A DNA stretch of 41,641 nt. It comes from Terriglobales bacterium (GTDB taxonomy: Bacteria; Acidobacteriota; Terriglobia; Terriglobales; Acidobacteriaceae). Below are positions 15,971 to 25,585 of the stretch, one piece after another. Below the pieces are notes generated by a model that did no database searches, was not told where the DNA came from, and saw nothing but the letters and a program-made list of their open reading frames with translations. The DNA is taken from contig JBAWBE010000331.1 of NCBI GenBank assembly GCA_049589635.1, forward strand, positions 1-41,641. The letters run 5' to 3'. Position 1 is the stretch's first letter, and each line of letters starts with the position of its first letter. A program made the position numbers and the translations under genes.

Positions 15971-16492
15971 ATGAAGCCAAGCCTCACCGCATTTGTTCTC
16001 TGTGTATTTCTTTCCTGTGCTGGACAGGTCTGGGCTAACACTTTGCCGGATTCGTGCGGCGACGACAATGTCAAATTCGACGTCAAAACAGGAGGCGGTC
16101 AGCCCGAACCTACCGGGCCAGAAGAGGGCAAGGCACAGATCGTCCTTATCGAAGACGAAAACGGACCGATCGGCACCTTCATGTATGCCACAGTCCGTTT
16201 CGGTATGGATGGAGCCTGGGTAGGCGCCGATTACAGCAACTCATATTTCACATTGACAGTCGACCCGGGAGTTCATCATCTGTGCGCAAGCTGGCAATCG
16301 TCTCTAAAACGCTTGAAGAAGAATGTCAATCTGACATCCTTTACGGCCGAGCCAGGCCGGATCTACTATTTTGCGGCCCACGTCACCATGACCTCCCGCG
16401 AGGTCGTGATCTTCGGTCTTTCGCAACTGAACGAGGATGAGGGCAAGTATCGCGTCAAGGAGTCGAAGCTCAGCACATCAAGACCAAAATAG
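15971..16492 (+). CDS. Secreted protein, DUF2846-like
   Basis: Signal peptide MKPSLTAFVLCVFLSCAGQVWA. AGGAGA Shine-Dalgarno upstream. A beta-rich body resembling DUF2846 (GKAQIVLIED..., DPGVHHL..., EPGRIYYFAAHV). Confidence 0.6.
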   Translation: MKPSLTAFVLCVFLSCAGQVWANTLPDSCGDDNVKFDVKTGGGQPEPTGPEEGKAQIVLIEDENGPIGTFMYATVRFGMDGAWVGADYSNSYFTLTVDPGVHHLCASWQSSLKRLKKNVNLTSFTAEPGRIYYFAAHVTMTSREVVIFGLSQLNEDEGKYRVKESKLSTSRPK

Positions 16493-16576
16493 GCAACGAG
16501 CCACCTTCTTACACTCCAGGAAATAGTGAAACGTTGTATCGCAGGGAACTCTCGCCACTGGGAGCTTTTTGTCTCC

Positions 16577-17026
16577 CTATTTTGACTGCGTCTGTCCTTC
16601 CGCGGTTAGCTCGACGAGACTTGTCCGCACTCGGTCTCCGACCTGCGCGCTCTTTAGCGTCGCCAGAAATTTCTTGGTGAAGTCCTGCTGCAGATGGAAA
16701 TCTTGTGCAGCTTGCGACTTGTAAACCTCATAGAAAACAAATGTATTGGGATCGTCTTTTCGTGCCGCGACGTAAAACGCTTCCACACCTGGCTCCGCCC
16801 GCACCAATGGCACGTATTGGCGTGCGGCCTCGACCAGCTCCCCGCGGCGCTGTGGCTGAAGTTTTGCTTCGATCAGCATGATCACTTTTTCGCTCGTCAT
16901 CCCGGACCGCTCCTCTTGATTTTCATTGGCCGGCATGTTCACTGCCGGCTGCGCCCAGAGCGCGCGCAGCGCCCACGTGCTTGCGACCATCACTACTGCC
17001 ACGGTCACGATTCGGATCGTTTTCAT
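16577..17026 (-). CDS. Secreted antibiotic-biosynthesis-monooxygenase (ABM) domain protein
   Basis: The internal ATG at 17026 has an AGGA about 7 nt upstream. Signal peptide MKTIRIVTVAVVMVASTWALRALWA. ABM-like core IMLIEAKLQP...FYVAARKDDPNTFVFYEVYKSQAAQDFH. Confidence 0.7.
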   Translation of the reverse strand: MKTIRIVTVAVVMVASTWALRALWAQPAVNMPANENQEERSGMTSEKVIMLIEAKLQPQRRGELVEAARQYVPLVRAEPGVEAFYVAARKDDPNTFVFYEVYKSQAAQDFHLQQDFTKKFLATLKSAQVGDRVRTSLVELTAEGQTQSK

Positions 17027-17076
17027 GTGAGAATCCTTTCGGCCTCCACGCCCTTGGCACGGCGGCGCTACAAATC

Positions 17077-18618
17077 TCACACCGCCTGCGGCACACGCTC
17101 AATAGTGGGAGGCTTTTCCTCTTCGGCGCCGGCCTCCCCGGCCTCGTGATACTCGGCGTCCTGATTTACCGCCCACACGTCATATTGGCGATGGCCCGCG
17201 AGAATATTTTTTGCGGTGAGCATGGCGGTCATCATGGCGTGGTCCTGGTTGTTATATTTATGCATGCCGTTGCGGCCAACGAGGTGCAGCGTGGGGAACT
17301 GCTTTTCCAGCGCCGCGCGAATCGTATCGACGTGCTGCTGGTAGGCGTCGTCGTAGACGGGATAGGCTTTCTTCTGGCGGATCACCACGCCGTCGACGAT
17401 GTTCGCGGCGTTCGCCAGGCCGATCTGCTGAATTTCTTTTTTCGCCAGCGCCAGCAGTTGCTCGTCGGGCGAGGTCCACAGGCCATCACCTTCGAAACAG
17501 AAATATTCGAGCCCATAGGAGCAGAAGGCGGGATCGGGCACCATCTCCGGCGACCACGATTTGTAGTTCTGCACGCGCCCGACTTGCACGGACGGATCGT
17601 GAATGTAAATCCAGTTATCGCTGAAGCGGCCTTCATCGTGGACGATGAGTCCGACGGTGAGGAAGTCGCGATAGCGCAGGGACTGCGCGGCGCGTTTGAC
17701 GTCCTCGGGAATTGCACTATCGGGAGCACCGTTACTCGGCGTGACTTGACCCTGAGCTCCGGGCTCGATCTGCGCAACCAATTCGCGAATAGGCATGGAT
17801 GAGATGACATGCTCGCCGTGGAATTCTTCCGTCCGGCCGCTTGCATCGCGCGCCGTAACGATCCAAACGTTGCTCGAAGCGTCGAAGCGGCAGCCAACGA
17901 CTCTGCGGCCGAGCAGAACTTGCCCGCCGAGGCGGCGAATTTTCGTGGTGCACGCTTCCCACATCATTCCAGGCCCCAGGCGCGGATAACGGAAGGTATC
18001 AATTAGCGTCTTGACTACTTGCGTGCGGTTTTTTGGTTTGCGCTGCGGCAGGACTGCGTGCTTGATGGCGGAGCCAAGCGACAGGCCTTTGATGCGCTGG
18101 GCGGCCCAGTCTGCGGAAATCTCCGTGCACTTCATGCCCCAGACTTTTTCGGTGTAGGTCTTGAAAAAAATCTGGAAGAGCCGCTCGCCGAATTGATTGA
18201 CCACCCAATCCTGAAAAGTTTTTGGATTGGGCGTGGGATTAAGCCGTGCCTTCGCGAACGAGGCCATGCAGCGCGCCGATTCGAAGAGGCCGAGTTTTGA
18301 CAGTGCCTCGAACGGCCTAAGCGGGTAAGTGTAGAACTGTCCGCGATAATAAATGCGAGAGGATCGCGGACGATTGAGCATGTCTGGGCCAGCGATCTCG
18401 GTCCAGAGGTCTTCGACCTCGCGCGATTTGGAAAAAAAACGATGGCCGCCGATATCGAAGCGGAACCCTTTGTAGTTGACTGTGCGTGAGATTCCGCCGA
18501 CGTATTCGGGATCGCCTTCGAGCACTACGACAGGTGCCTTTTGTTTAGAAAGTTCGTAGGCTGCAGTCAGCCCTGCGGGGCCAGCGCCCGCGATTACTGC
18601 TTTGAAGGTGGGTGGCAT
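17077..18618 (-). CDS. FAD/NAD(P)-binding oxidoreductase (amine-oxidase / UDP-galactopyranose-mutase-like fold)
   Basis: N-terminal Rossmann motif [17 protein letters not shown]...VVVLEG. 513 aa. Confidence 0.75.
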   Translation of the reverse strand: MPPTFKAVIAGAGPAGLTAAYELSKQKAPVVVLEGDPEYVGGISRTVNYKGFRFDIGGHRFFSKSREVEDLWTEIAGPDMLNRPRSSRIYYRGQFYTYPLRPFEALSKLGLFESARCMASFAKARLNPTPNPKTFQDWVVNQFGERLFQIFFKTYTEKVWGMKCTEISADWAAQRIKGLSLGSAIKHAVLPQRKPKNRTQVVKTLIDTFRYPRLGPGMMWEACTTKIRRLGGQVLLGRRVVGCRFDASSNVWIVTARDASGRTEEFHGEHVISSMPIRELVAQIEPGAQGQVTPSNGAPDSAIPEDVKRAAQSLRYRDFLTVGLIVHDEGRFSDNWIYIHDPSVQVGRVQNYKSWSPEMVPDPAFCSYGLEYFCFEGDGLWTSPDEQLLALAKKEIQQIGLANAANIVDGVVIRQKKAYPVYDDAYQQHVDTIRAALEKQFPTLHLVGRNGMHKYNNQDHAMMTAMLTAKNILAGHRQYDVWAVNQDAEYHEAGEAGAEEEKPPTIERVPQAV

Positions 18619-18729
18619 TCGGGTGAAGAATTAGTACTCATTGTCGCATATCGACGCCGCCAAAGAGCTTCAACCATGGGTTGCTTTGACTATGCTCAGG
18701 GCAAGCTACGGAGGGGCACGAGGGAAACT

Positions 18730-20688
18730 CTAGGGTTCCAGGCCTATTTGTTTTTCTAACGCGATGTAGCGCGAGTCTGACCGGATCGGATCGAAGAGCG
18801 GGTCGACTTTTATGTATGGGACTTGTGGCTCGCGGATGTCGGCCGATTTTAATAAGTAGGACATCGCAACTTCTTTGTCGCCCAGATAGGAATAACCAAG
18901 TGCGAGTTGGTAGGGCGAGACAAAGGCCTGGCCTTTGTATGAGGCGGCGTGCGCGAGATATTCGCGGGCTTTCGTTTGATCGCCGCTGCACGAACTGGCT
19001 AGCGAGAGCAGGAAATCGCCGAGCGGCGAAGGATATTTCTGGGATAACCACTGCGCATGTTTTTCGGCGTCGGGGCAATTGTGTTCGGTGGCCGCAAGCA
19101 GGGCCAGCAGGCCGTGGCCGGCGAACCAGTCGGGGCTCGAAGCCAACGTCTCTTCCAGCTTTTGCCGGGCCTCCGGATACTTGCGCTGGAAATAAAGTCC
19201 ATAGAACTGATTTACGCGCGGCGACTTGCCTAGAGGATCGAGTTCGAGTGCGGCCTGTAAATGCGCGGTACCTTCCGCGAAGCGGCCGCGGGTTATCAGC
19301 GAAGTGCCATAGCGCTGCTCGGTCGCGCCACGCGCGCCTTCGGCCAATGCCGCTTTGAACTCCTTTTCGGCACGCGGCCAATCCCAATCGCGATAGTAGG
19401 CGAGAGACGCCAGCAGGCCGTGCGCGTCCCCCAAGTGCGGGTTGATGGCGAGGGCTTTGGCCAAAGAGACTCTTTCGTTCTGGACGGCCTCGTCGGGAGG
19501 TGCGGCGGTGACTTGCGTGAGGGATGCCTCGGTCTGCGCAAAGCCGAGATAGGCCATTGCGAATGTCGGATCCTTGGCGACGGCGGCCTGATAGAGCGCC
19601 AAGCTTTGACGCAGCGAGTCGGGCGTCTGCTGCGCGAACTGGTAACTCGCCTTGAGATACAAGTCGTGGGCTTCGGGATCGACCGTGGGAACGGCCGCCA
19701 GGTGCGCCTTTTCATCGGGCGAAAGATCGAGGCTCACATCGTCGGCGATGGCGCGGGAAATTCGGCTTTGGATGTCGAGGATGTCGTTGATGGTCGATTC
19801 GTAAGTCTGCGCCCAGAGATGCGTGTCGGTTGGCGCATTGATGAGCTGTGCGGTCACTCGGACGCGATTGCCGTCGCGGATGACGGAACCTTCGAGGATG
19901 AGATCGACGTGCAGCTCGCGCGCAATTTCTGGCAGTGACTTGTGCGTGCCCTTATAACCCATGGTTGAGGTGCGCGAGATTACGCGCAGCGAACGAATTT
20001 GCGCGATGTCGGTGACGAGTTCTTCGGTGAAGCCGTCGACGAAGTAATCCTGGCCTGCGTCTTTGGAAAGATTCTGGAGAGGCAACACGGCCAGGGCGTG
20101 CAGTCCTGCATTCGTGGTTTGTCGCGACTTCAGCAACCGCAGAGCAAGCAGCGTTCCCACAACCGCTAGAGCCACGATCAGCACTGCCGGGACTGCTCGC
20201 TGCCAGGTTGCAGGATGCGGTGAGGTGGCGACCCGTGGAGAGTCGGACGCGAGAACTTCTACAGGCGCGGCGGAGGTCGCGGCGTCGAAACTTTCTTTCA
20301 CAGCAGCATCGGGTGCAGCGGCATTGACCGCAACGCGATGAGCGCCGGAAGCATCGCGCGCCGTTTCGCGTACGGGCGCCAGAAATCTATAACCGCGTTT
20401 TGGAACCGTCTCGATGTAACGATTTCCATTTTCGCCATCCTGCAAAACCCGCCGCAGTAGGTAGATGGCTTGAGTCAGGTTATTTTCTTCGACCGCCGAA
20501 TCCGGCCAGATCCGGTCCATCAGTTCGTCTTTGGCTAGCAGCCGGCCGTCGCTTTCGGCGAGCGCGACGAGCGTGTCAAACACCCGCGGCGGCAAGTCAA
20601 TCCGCTTCTGGCCCCGGCGCAGCACACGCTCGCCGGCATCGAGTTGGAAAGGACCGAACTCGTATAAATGTTTGACAGCGTTACCCAT
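18730..20688 (-). CDS. CadC-like membrane-anchored transcriptional regulator: winged-helix (OmpR/PhoB-type) DNA-binding domain, TM segment, TolB-N-like and TPR sensor
   Basis: N-terminus YEFGPFQLDAGERVLRRGQKRIDLPPRVFDTLVALAES...ETVPKRGYRF. TM segment AVPAVLIVALAVVGTLLALRLL. C-terminal TPR-like repeats. Confidence 0.85.
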   Translation of the reverse strand: MGNAVKHLYEFGPFQLDAGERVLRRGQKRIDLPPRVFDTLVALAESDGRLLAKDELMDRIWPDSAVEENNLTQAIYLLRRVLQDGENGNRYIETVPKRGYRFLAPVRETARDASGAHRVAVNAAAPDAAVKESFDAATSAAPVEVLASDSPRVATSPHPATWQRAVPAVLIVALAVVGTLLALRLLKSRQTTNAGLHALAVLPLQNLSKDAGQDYFVDGFTEELVTDIAQIRSLRVISRTSTMGYKGTHKSLPEIARELHVDLILEGSVIRDGNRVRVTAQLINAPTDTHLWAQTYESTINDILDIQSRISRAIADDVSLDLSPDEKAHLAAVPTVDPEAHDLYLKASYQFAQQTPDSLRQSLALYQAAVAKDPTFAMAYLGFAQTEASLTQVTAAPPDEAVQNERVSLAKALAINPHLGDAHGLLASLAYYRDWDWPRAEKEFKAALAEGARGATEQRYGTSLITRGRFAEGTAHLQAALELDPLGKSPRVNQFYGLYFQRKYPEARQKLEETLASSPDWFAGHGLLALLAATEHNCPDAEKHAQWLSQKYPSPLGDFLLSLASSCSGDQTKAREYLAHAASYKGQAFVSPYQLALGYSYLGDKEVAMSYLLKSADIREPQVPYIKVDPLFDPIRSDSRYIALEKQIGLEP

Positions 20689-20958
20689 AGAGCCGTGAGA
20701 AAAAAATCACAAAAAAATGAGGCGGGCTAACGACTTGCGATGGGAGCCAGCGGCAGAGTAGCGCAGCGTGCTTGCTCCTCGATCGTGGGGGAAAGGTCCT
20801 AGAGACCCGCTGGTTGAAAATTTTATCCCAACGGCTAGTCAGGGGGTAGTGGCACGAGTGTGCCGGTCCGCCCGCGTTCGGGGAGGAATGCGGGCTGGTC
20901 GGTTCACAAACTTCCCCGATAGCAAGTTCAACTACATACGACTAGGAGGAGAGGAGAA

Positions 20959-22452
20959 ATGAACCGTTATTTTGGCGAAGAGCGAAAAGATTCTACCCTA
21001 CTGTGCGCGATGGTGCGGCACACAATGCTGCGCCGCGTTTGTATCGCCGCTGTTTTTTGCGTTGCCTCGGCGCTCGTTGCGCAGGCCCAGTCTTTCTCAT
21101 TGCTATATGGATTCCCAGAGGACGGCACCCTCGGATACAACCCGTTCACGATGAATATGATCCAGGCGACAGACGGGAACCTCTACGGGACGACTGAGTC
21201 GGGCGGCGCGGGTAACGTGAACTGCAATAACTACGTCGACTGCGGAGGCACGATCTTCCGCATCACTCCCGCAGGCAGTTACACACTCCTTTATACCTTT
21301 TGCATATCCACTGGATGCCCTGACGGCAGAAGCCCCTATGGCGGCATCATTCAGGCCAGTGACGGCAACTTCTACGGCATGACCCCGGCTGGCGGGACCT
21401 ATAACGACGGAACGATTTTCCGCCTGACGCCCGAGGGCGCGTTTACAGTCCTCCACAGTTTCTGCGATCCCCCCAATACCTGCAATCCGAACGATGGTTC
21501 CGCTCCTGGCGGCCAACTGCTTCAGGCGAGCAACGCTGCACTGTATGGCATCACCTCGGGCAACACTCTTTTCAAGATCACGACCAAGGGCAAGTTCACG
21601 TTGCTCTACGCCTTCCCCAATGGAACTAGTCCGCAAGGCAACCTGGTGCAGATACCCAGCGGCACGATCTATGGTGTGACCAAAGCAGGAGGCGTCTACG
21701 CCCAGGGCTCGATTTACAAAGCAACGCTGGGCGGCAAGGTGACGACCCTGTACTCATTCTGCGCGCAGCAAGGCTGCCCGGACGGACAACATCCGTCGGC
21801 CGGATTGGCGCTGGGTAACGACGGCGATCTTTACGGAGAAACCTTCGCCGGCGGCCCTGATGGCTACGGCACGGTCTTCAAAATCACAACCAAGGGCAAG
21901 TTCAAATTCACGCTCCTGCACCAATTCACGGGCTTTCAGAATGGCGGCACGGACGGCGGGAATCCTATCGCTCCGATGGTTCTTGGTTCCGATGGAAACC
22001 TTTATGGCACGACCGAAAATTACGGTGGCGGCGGCTACGGTGGAACGGGTTCGGTCTACGAAGTGGCGGACGGCGCGTATGCGAGCGTGTACGGCCTCCC
22101 CACGGATCTCTGCACGCTGGCTCATCCCTATGGCGGCTTGGTTCAGGGCACCGACGGTAACTTCTATGGCTCTGACAACGGCACGTGCCTGATCGGATTC
22201 AGCGTGGGCCTCGGGCCATTCGTGCAGCCGATTCCAACCTTCGGCAAGGCGGGAAAGACCAAGGTCATTATTCAGGGAACGGATCTAACGGGCGCAACGA
22301 GCGTTGCGTTCAATGGAAAGTCCGCGACCTTTGAGGTCGTCTCCGCCACAGAAATCACAACAACAGTGCCCACGGGCGCGACCACCGGAGCCGTTAAGGT
22401 CGTCACTCCCGGCGGCACGCTCGAGGGCAATGTTGCCTTCACGGTCAAGTAA
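20959..22452 (+). CDS. Secreted GloVer tandem-repeat (beta-propeller-like) protein with C-terminal IPT/TIG domain
   Basis: About 7 repeats of the pattern DGNLYGTT..GG....GT[IV]F[KR]ITP.G..T.LY.F. C-terminus GTDLTGATSVAFNGKSATFEVVSATEITTTVPTGATTGAVKVVTPGG is IPT/TIG-like. AGGAGGAGAGGAG Shine-Dalgarno upstream. The true start could be a downstream Met. Confidence 0.8.
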   Translation: MNRYFGEERKDSTLLCAMVRHTMLRRVCIAAVFCVASALVAQAQSFSLLYGFPEDGTLGYNPFTMNMIQATDGNLYGTTESGGAGNVNCNNYVDCGGTIFRITPAGSYTLLYTFCISTGCPDGRSPYGGIIQASDGNFYGMTPAGGTYNDGTIFRLTPEGAFTVLHSFCDPPNTCNPNDGSAPGGQLLQASNAALYGITSGNTLFKITTKGKFTLLYAFPNGTSPQGNLVQIPSGTIYGVTKAGGVYAQGSIYKATLGGKVTTLYSFCAQQGCPDGQHPSAGLALGNDGDLYGETFAGGPDGYGTVFKITTKGKFKFTLLHQFTGFQNGGTDGGNPIAPMVLGSDGNLYGTTENYGGGGYGGTGSVYEVADGAYASVYGLPTDLCTLAHPYGGLVQGTDGNFYGSDNGTCLIGFSVGLGPFVQPIPTFGKAGKTKVIIQGTDLTGATSVAFNGKSATFEVVSATEITTTVPTGATTGAVKVVTPGGTLEGNVAFTVK

Positions 22453-22487
22453 GAAAGCAACCCCGAGCGGCGTCGTGCTGGCCGCCG

Positions 22488-22523
22488 AAAAAGCGCCCGC
22501 TAAAATTTGGGGGCGTCTTTTTT
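22488..22523. terminator. Bidirectional intrinsic terminator between convergent genes
   Basis: AAAAA, GCGCCC (22493-22498), 12-nt loop, GGGCGT (22511-22516), then CTTTTTT. An A-tract and a T-tract flank the stem. Confidence 0.65.
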
Positions 22524-22572
22524 GGGGACAGCGAGAACCGAGGTACTAGCGCCCATCCCTCCGTTTCGTAAG

Positions 22573-23772
22573 TTACTTCGCCAGGCGGTTGTATTTCTTC
22601 AGCACCTCGCGCAGTTTCTCGTGAGGAAGAGCAATCGCCGTATGTCCGTCGATACCGGTCATCGTGTCGGCCGCTACCATCGCGTTCACGACCGCTTCTT
22701 CAGTGGCGCGCACGGTCGCGAGGAAAATGGGATCGAGGTTGTCGTTGGGCAGCATCTTGAGGTCGTGAATCCCCTTGGGACTTGCCATGCCGGAATTGGC
22801 GGTTGAAAAAGCGACGAAAATATCGCCCGAGCCATCTCCCGAGTAACTGCCATTGCGGCCGAGGCCGAGCGCCGCGCGGCGTGCCACACGTTTTAGTTGC
22901 GTCGGAATCAGTGGCGCGTCGGTCGCAATCACGATGATGATCGAGCCCGTATCCAGCCCTCGCGTCGGGCGCAGCGAACTCGTCTCATCTTCGTACGCTG
23001 GATGCTCCGGAATTTCTTTGCCGACCGGCACGCCAGCGATGCGCAATTCGGGACGCCGTCCATAGTTGCACTGCACCAGCACGCCGATGGTGTAGCCGCC
23101 ATCTTTGACGTCGAGTACGCGCGAAGACGTTCCGATCCCTCCCTTGAATTCATTGCACACCATGCCGGTGCCGCCGCCCACGCTGCCCTCTTCGACCGGG
23201 CCGCCATGCGCGGAATCGAGCGCATGAAAAACGTGCTCCGGCTTGACGTGGAATCCATTGATGTCATTGAGAAAGCCGTCCCAAGTCTCGGCGACTACCG
23301 GGAGCGACCACCAATAGCCTTCCATGTCGGGCTCGCCACGTTTTACTTTCCAGGCAATCACGGCATCACGCACGACACCGACGCTGTGCGTATTCGTGAT
23401 CATTACCGGGCCATCGAGAAGCCCGGAATCTTCAAGCCAGGTCGTGCCGGTCATTTCTCCGTTGCCGTTGAGCGTGAACCAGGCTCCGAAGACGTCGTCC
23501 GTAGAATTCTTACCGCGCGGGAGAACCGCGGTGACGCCGGTGCGGACTGGTCCTTCTCCGACTTTGAGTTTGCCTTGACCTGATACAAGCGTGGTGTGGC
23601 CGACTTCTACGCCCTTAACATCGGTGATGGCGTTGTAAGGGCCCGGCGTGCCGTCGAAGGGCACTCCCAGATCCCGGGCGCGCGGCTTGCTTTGAGAACT
23701 CGCGCCTGTGGCCGCAAGCGTGATGATTAAGGATGTCAATAGGAATGAACCGCAGTGGATGAATCGCGTCAT
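22573..23772 (-). CDS. P1/S58 family peptidase (DmpA/BapA-type L-aminopeptidase / D-esterase) with signal peptide
   Basis: NAITDVKGVEVGHTTL...TGVTAVLP and GGGTGMVCNEFKGGIGTSS motifs typical of DmpA-like Ntn hydrolases. N-terminal signal-like MTRFIHCGSFLLTSLIITLAATGASS. Confidence 0.8.
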   Translation of the reverse strand: MTRFIHCGSFLLTSLIITLAATGASSQSKPRARDLGVPFDGTPGPYNAITDVKGVEVGHTTLVSGQGKLKVGEGPVRTGVTAVLPRGKNSTDDVFGAWFTLNGNGEMTGTTWLEDSGLLDGPVMITNTHSVGVVRDAVIAWKVKRGEPDMEGYWWSLPVVAETWDGFLNDINGFHVKPEHVFHALDSAHGGPVEEGSVGGGTGMVCNEFKGGIGTSSRVLDVKDGGYTIGVLVQCNYGRRPELRIAGVPVGKEIPEHPAYEDETSSLRPTRGLDTGSIIIVIATDAPLIPTQLKRVARRAALGLGRNGSYSGDGSGDIFVAFSTANSGMASPKGIHDLKMLPNDNLDPIFLATVRATEEAVVNAMVAADTMTGIDGHTAIALPHEKLREVLKKYNRLAK

Positions 23773-23957
23773 GGAGGGGCCCTCATTTCACGAAACAGGG
23801 ACAGCGCACGCGGCAGTATAAAGCATCAAAGGGCCAGTGATTTACAATCCGAGCGGAGTTCAGAGTAGAAACGGGGCCTGCCCGTCTCGGCATTCGGAAC
23901 GGGCGACAGCAGGCGGAAAGATTGATCGGCGGCATTCATCCACGGCAAGGAGACGAC

Positions 23958-24239
23958 ATGACGAATTGGAAACAGGCGGCGATTGCGGTATCGGCAGGCA
24001 CGGCAGTAATTTTGCTTCTGAAAGGAAGGCGTCCGGCGGCAGTGCTGGTGGGCGGAATCGGTATGGCGGTCCTGGCATCGGAATATCCCACCAGGTTCGA
24101 GCGCTTTCGCGAAGAACTACCATCGTACGTGCGCCAGGGAACCGGCATGTTGGATATGGCGATGCGAATCGGCAGCAAGATCGGTGAACTCTCGGAACGG
24201 CGTGCCAGCAGCGCGTATGAAGAGTTGGGGGAATACTGA
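23958..24239 (+). CDS. Small membrane protein (93 aa), unknown function
   Basis: AAGGAG Shine-Dalgarno 6-7 nt before the ATG at 23958. Two hydrophobic segments (AAIAVSAGTAVILLL, AVLVGGIGMAVLA). Confidence 0.55.
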   Translation: MTNWKQAAIAVSAGTAVILLLKGRRPAAVLVGGIGMAVLASEYPTRFERFREELPSYVRQGTGMLDMAMRIGSKIGELSERRASSAYEELGEY

Positions 24240-24347
24240 GAAGCGAGAAGCGCCGTTCGCTGATCGTCGTTCGCTTTCTCGGTTCGCCTAGCACGAATTT
24301 CATACAGCCAATGGCGAACGGCGATCAGCAAATAGCGATATGCGGCC

Positions 24348-24671
24348 TTACTCGATTCCGAGTTGTTTTCTGGCCTCCGGGCTCAGCCGTTCCGGCGTCC
24401 AGGGCGGGGTCCAGACCACATTCACATTCGCTGTGCGCACTCCCGGCAACTGCTCGACGCGCGCTTTAACCTGCGCGCTGATGTTGACATGTTCAGGGCA
24501 ACCTTGCGCCGTGAGCGTCATGTCGACCGTGACATCCTGCTGGTTTTCGGGCGTGTTATCGAAGCGGATGTTGTAGATCAGGCCGAGGTCGACGATGTTG
24601 ACCGGAATCTCGGGATCGTAGCATTGCCGCAAAGCACTTCGAACGTCATCTTCTGTTAATGGCATACTCAC
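24348..24671 (-). CDS. DUF59/MIP18-family Fe-S cluster assembly protein (SufT/PaaD-like)
   Basis: LRQCYDPEIPVNIVDLGLIY...LTAQGCPEH is the DUF59 signature. 107 aa. Confidence 0.85.
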   Translation of the reverse strand: MSMPLTEDDVRSALRQCYDPEIPVNIVDLGLIYNIRFDNTPENQQDVTVDMTLTAQGCPEHVNISAQVKARVEQLPGVRTANVNVVWTPPWTPERLSPEARKQLGIE

Positions 24672-24728
24672 TCTAGTTTAGCGGATTCGCCGCCGATTCG
24701 CGGCGGACGGAAGGGCAATCTTTCGAAT

Positions 24729-25487
24729 ATGGCAATGGCTCCGGAAACTCGGCAAAAACTCCAACTTATTCTGCTGCTCTGCATTGTGATCGCCGGCGCG
24801 CGCGCGGCGTACATCGTCTATAAGCGTCACGAGGCCTTGAAAGGGGAGTCCCAGCCCAAAGTGGACGCTCCGCTGAAGGCCGACTACTATGTAACGCCGA
24901 AAAAACTGCGTCCCTATGATTTGAAATCCGCGCGGCAGCTTACTCAGCAGCCAGCGTGGGTAAAACTCGGTTACTATCACACCTACTACCCCTACAACGC
25001 GTCCGCGCATAAAACGGATTTTGCCCACGAAGCGGGGACGCTCGGCCCACTTCAGAAGCTAGACATCAAAGACGTAGTCACCGAGGCCGCGCCGAAGGCA
25101 GCGGGCACAAAGCAGATTCTGGCTGTCTTTCGCTTGGTCGGGTCCTCGGATGGGCAGTCAGACGGAAACGAGAACGCAAAAACCTACGCGGTGCCGATCG
25201 GCGTGGAAAAGGGCGTCGACTTCCAATGCCATTCCGACGACATCTTTTTTATTGAAGATCCCCGCGTGCTCTACAAACACTGGCCCGACGATGTGTGGAA
25301 GGCGGTGGATGAACACCGCGTGCTCCCGGGCATGAACGAACTACAGACGAGCTTCTCGCTTGGTGTAGGAAGGTCGGAGGGCTCCGGCGATTACGGCTCG
25401 CGGACGTTGCACTACGCCAACGGCGGCCACCCGGTGACTGTTACGTTTGAGAACGATAAGGTGGTCGACATTAAAGTGGGCGCATAG
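24729..25487 (+). CDS. Membrane-anchored hypothetical protein
   Basis: Intact 252-aa ORF with one N-terminal TM segment (LQLILLLCIVIAGARAAYIVY). No family recognised. Confidence 0.6.
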   Translation: MAMAPETRQKLQLILLLCIVIAGARAAYIVYKRHEALKGESQPKVDAPLKADYYVTPKKLRPYDLKSARQLTQQPAWVKLGYYHTYYPYNASAHKTDFAHEAGTLGPLQKLDIKDVVTEAAPKAAGTKQILAVFRLVGSSDGQSDGNENAKTYAVPIGVEKGVDFQCHSDDIFFIEDPRVLYKHWPDDVWKAVDEHRVLPGMNELQTSFSLGVGRSEGSGDYGSRTLHYANGGHPVTVTFENDKVVDIKVGA

Positions 25488-25585
25488 ACAGGCGTCCCGG
25501 AAGGCAGGTTAGAAGAGGATTTTTGACTCGTCATACCGCAACTGTACAGTTCGATAGGACCTGGTCACTCTATACGCTTGCTACA

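Noticed and set aside
16560-16583. GGGAG-N8-CTCCC hairpin followed by TATTTT between convergent genes, as a possible terminator
   Set aside because: The stem is only 5 bp and overlaps the stop codon of the minus-strand ABM gene. It is too weak to list as a feature.
20850-20864. TGGCACGAGTGTGCC, which resembles a sigma54 -24/-12 promoter upstream of the GloVer gene
   Set aside because: The GG-to-GC spacing is one nucleotide short of the strict TGGCAC-N5-TTGC geometry, and the -12 element reads TGCC rather than TTGC. The sequence is better explained as a GGCAC/GTGCC hairpin or dyad.
24251-24323. 10-bp complementarity CGCCGTTCGC (24251-24260) with GCGAACGGCG (24314-24323), plus three GTTCGC direct repeats between convergent genes
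   Set aside because: The loop is 53 nt and there are no flanking T-tracts. It may merely be a weak transcript-end structure, and I saw nothing to support a specific function.
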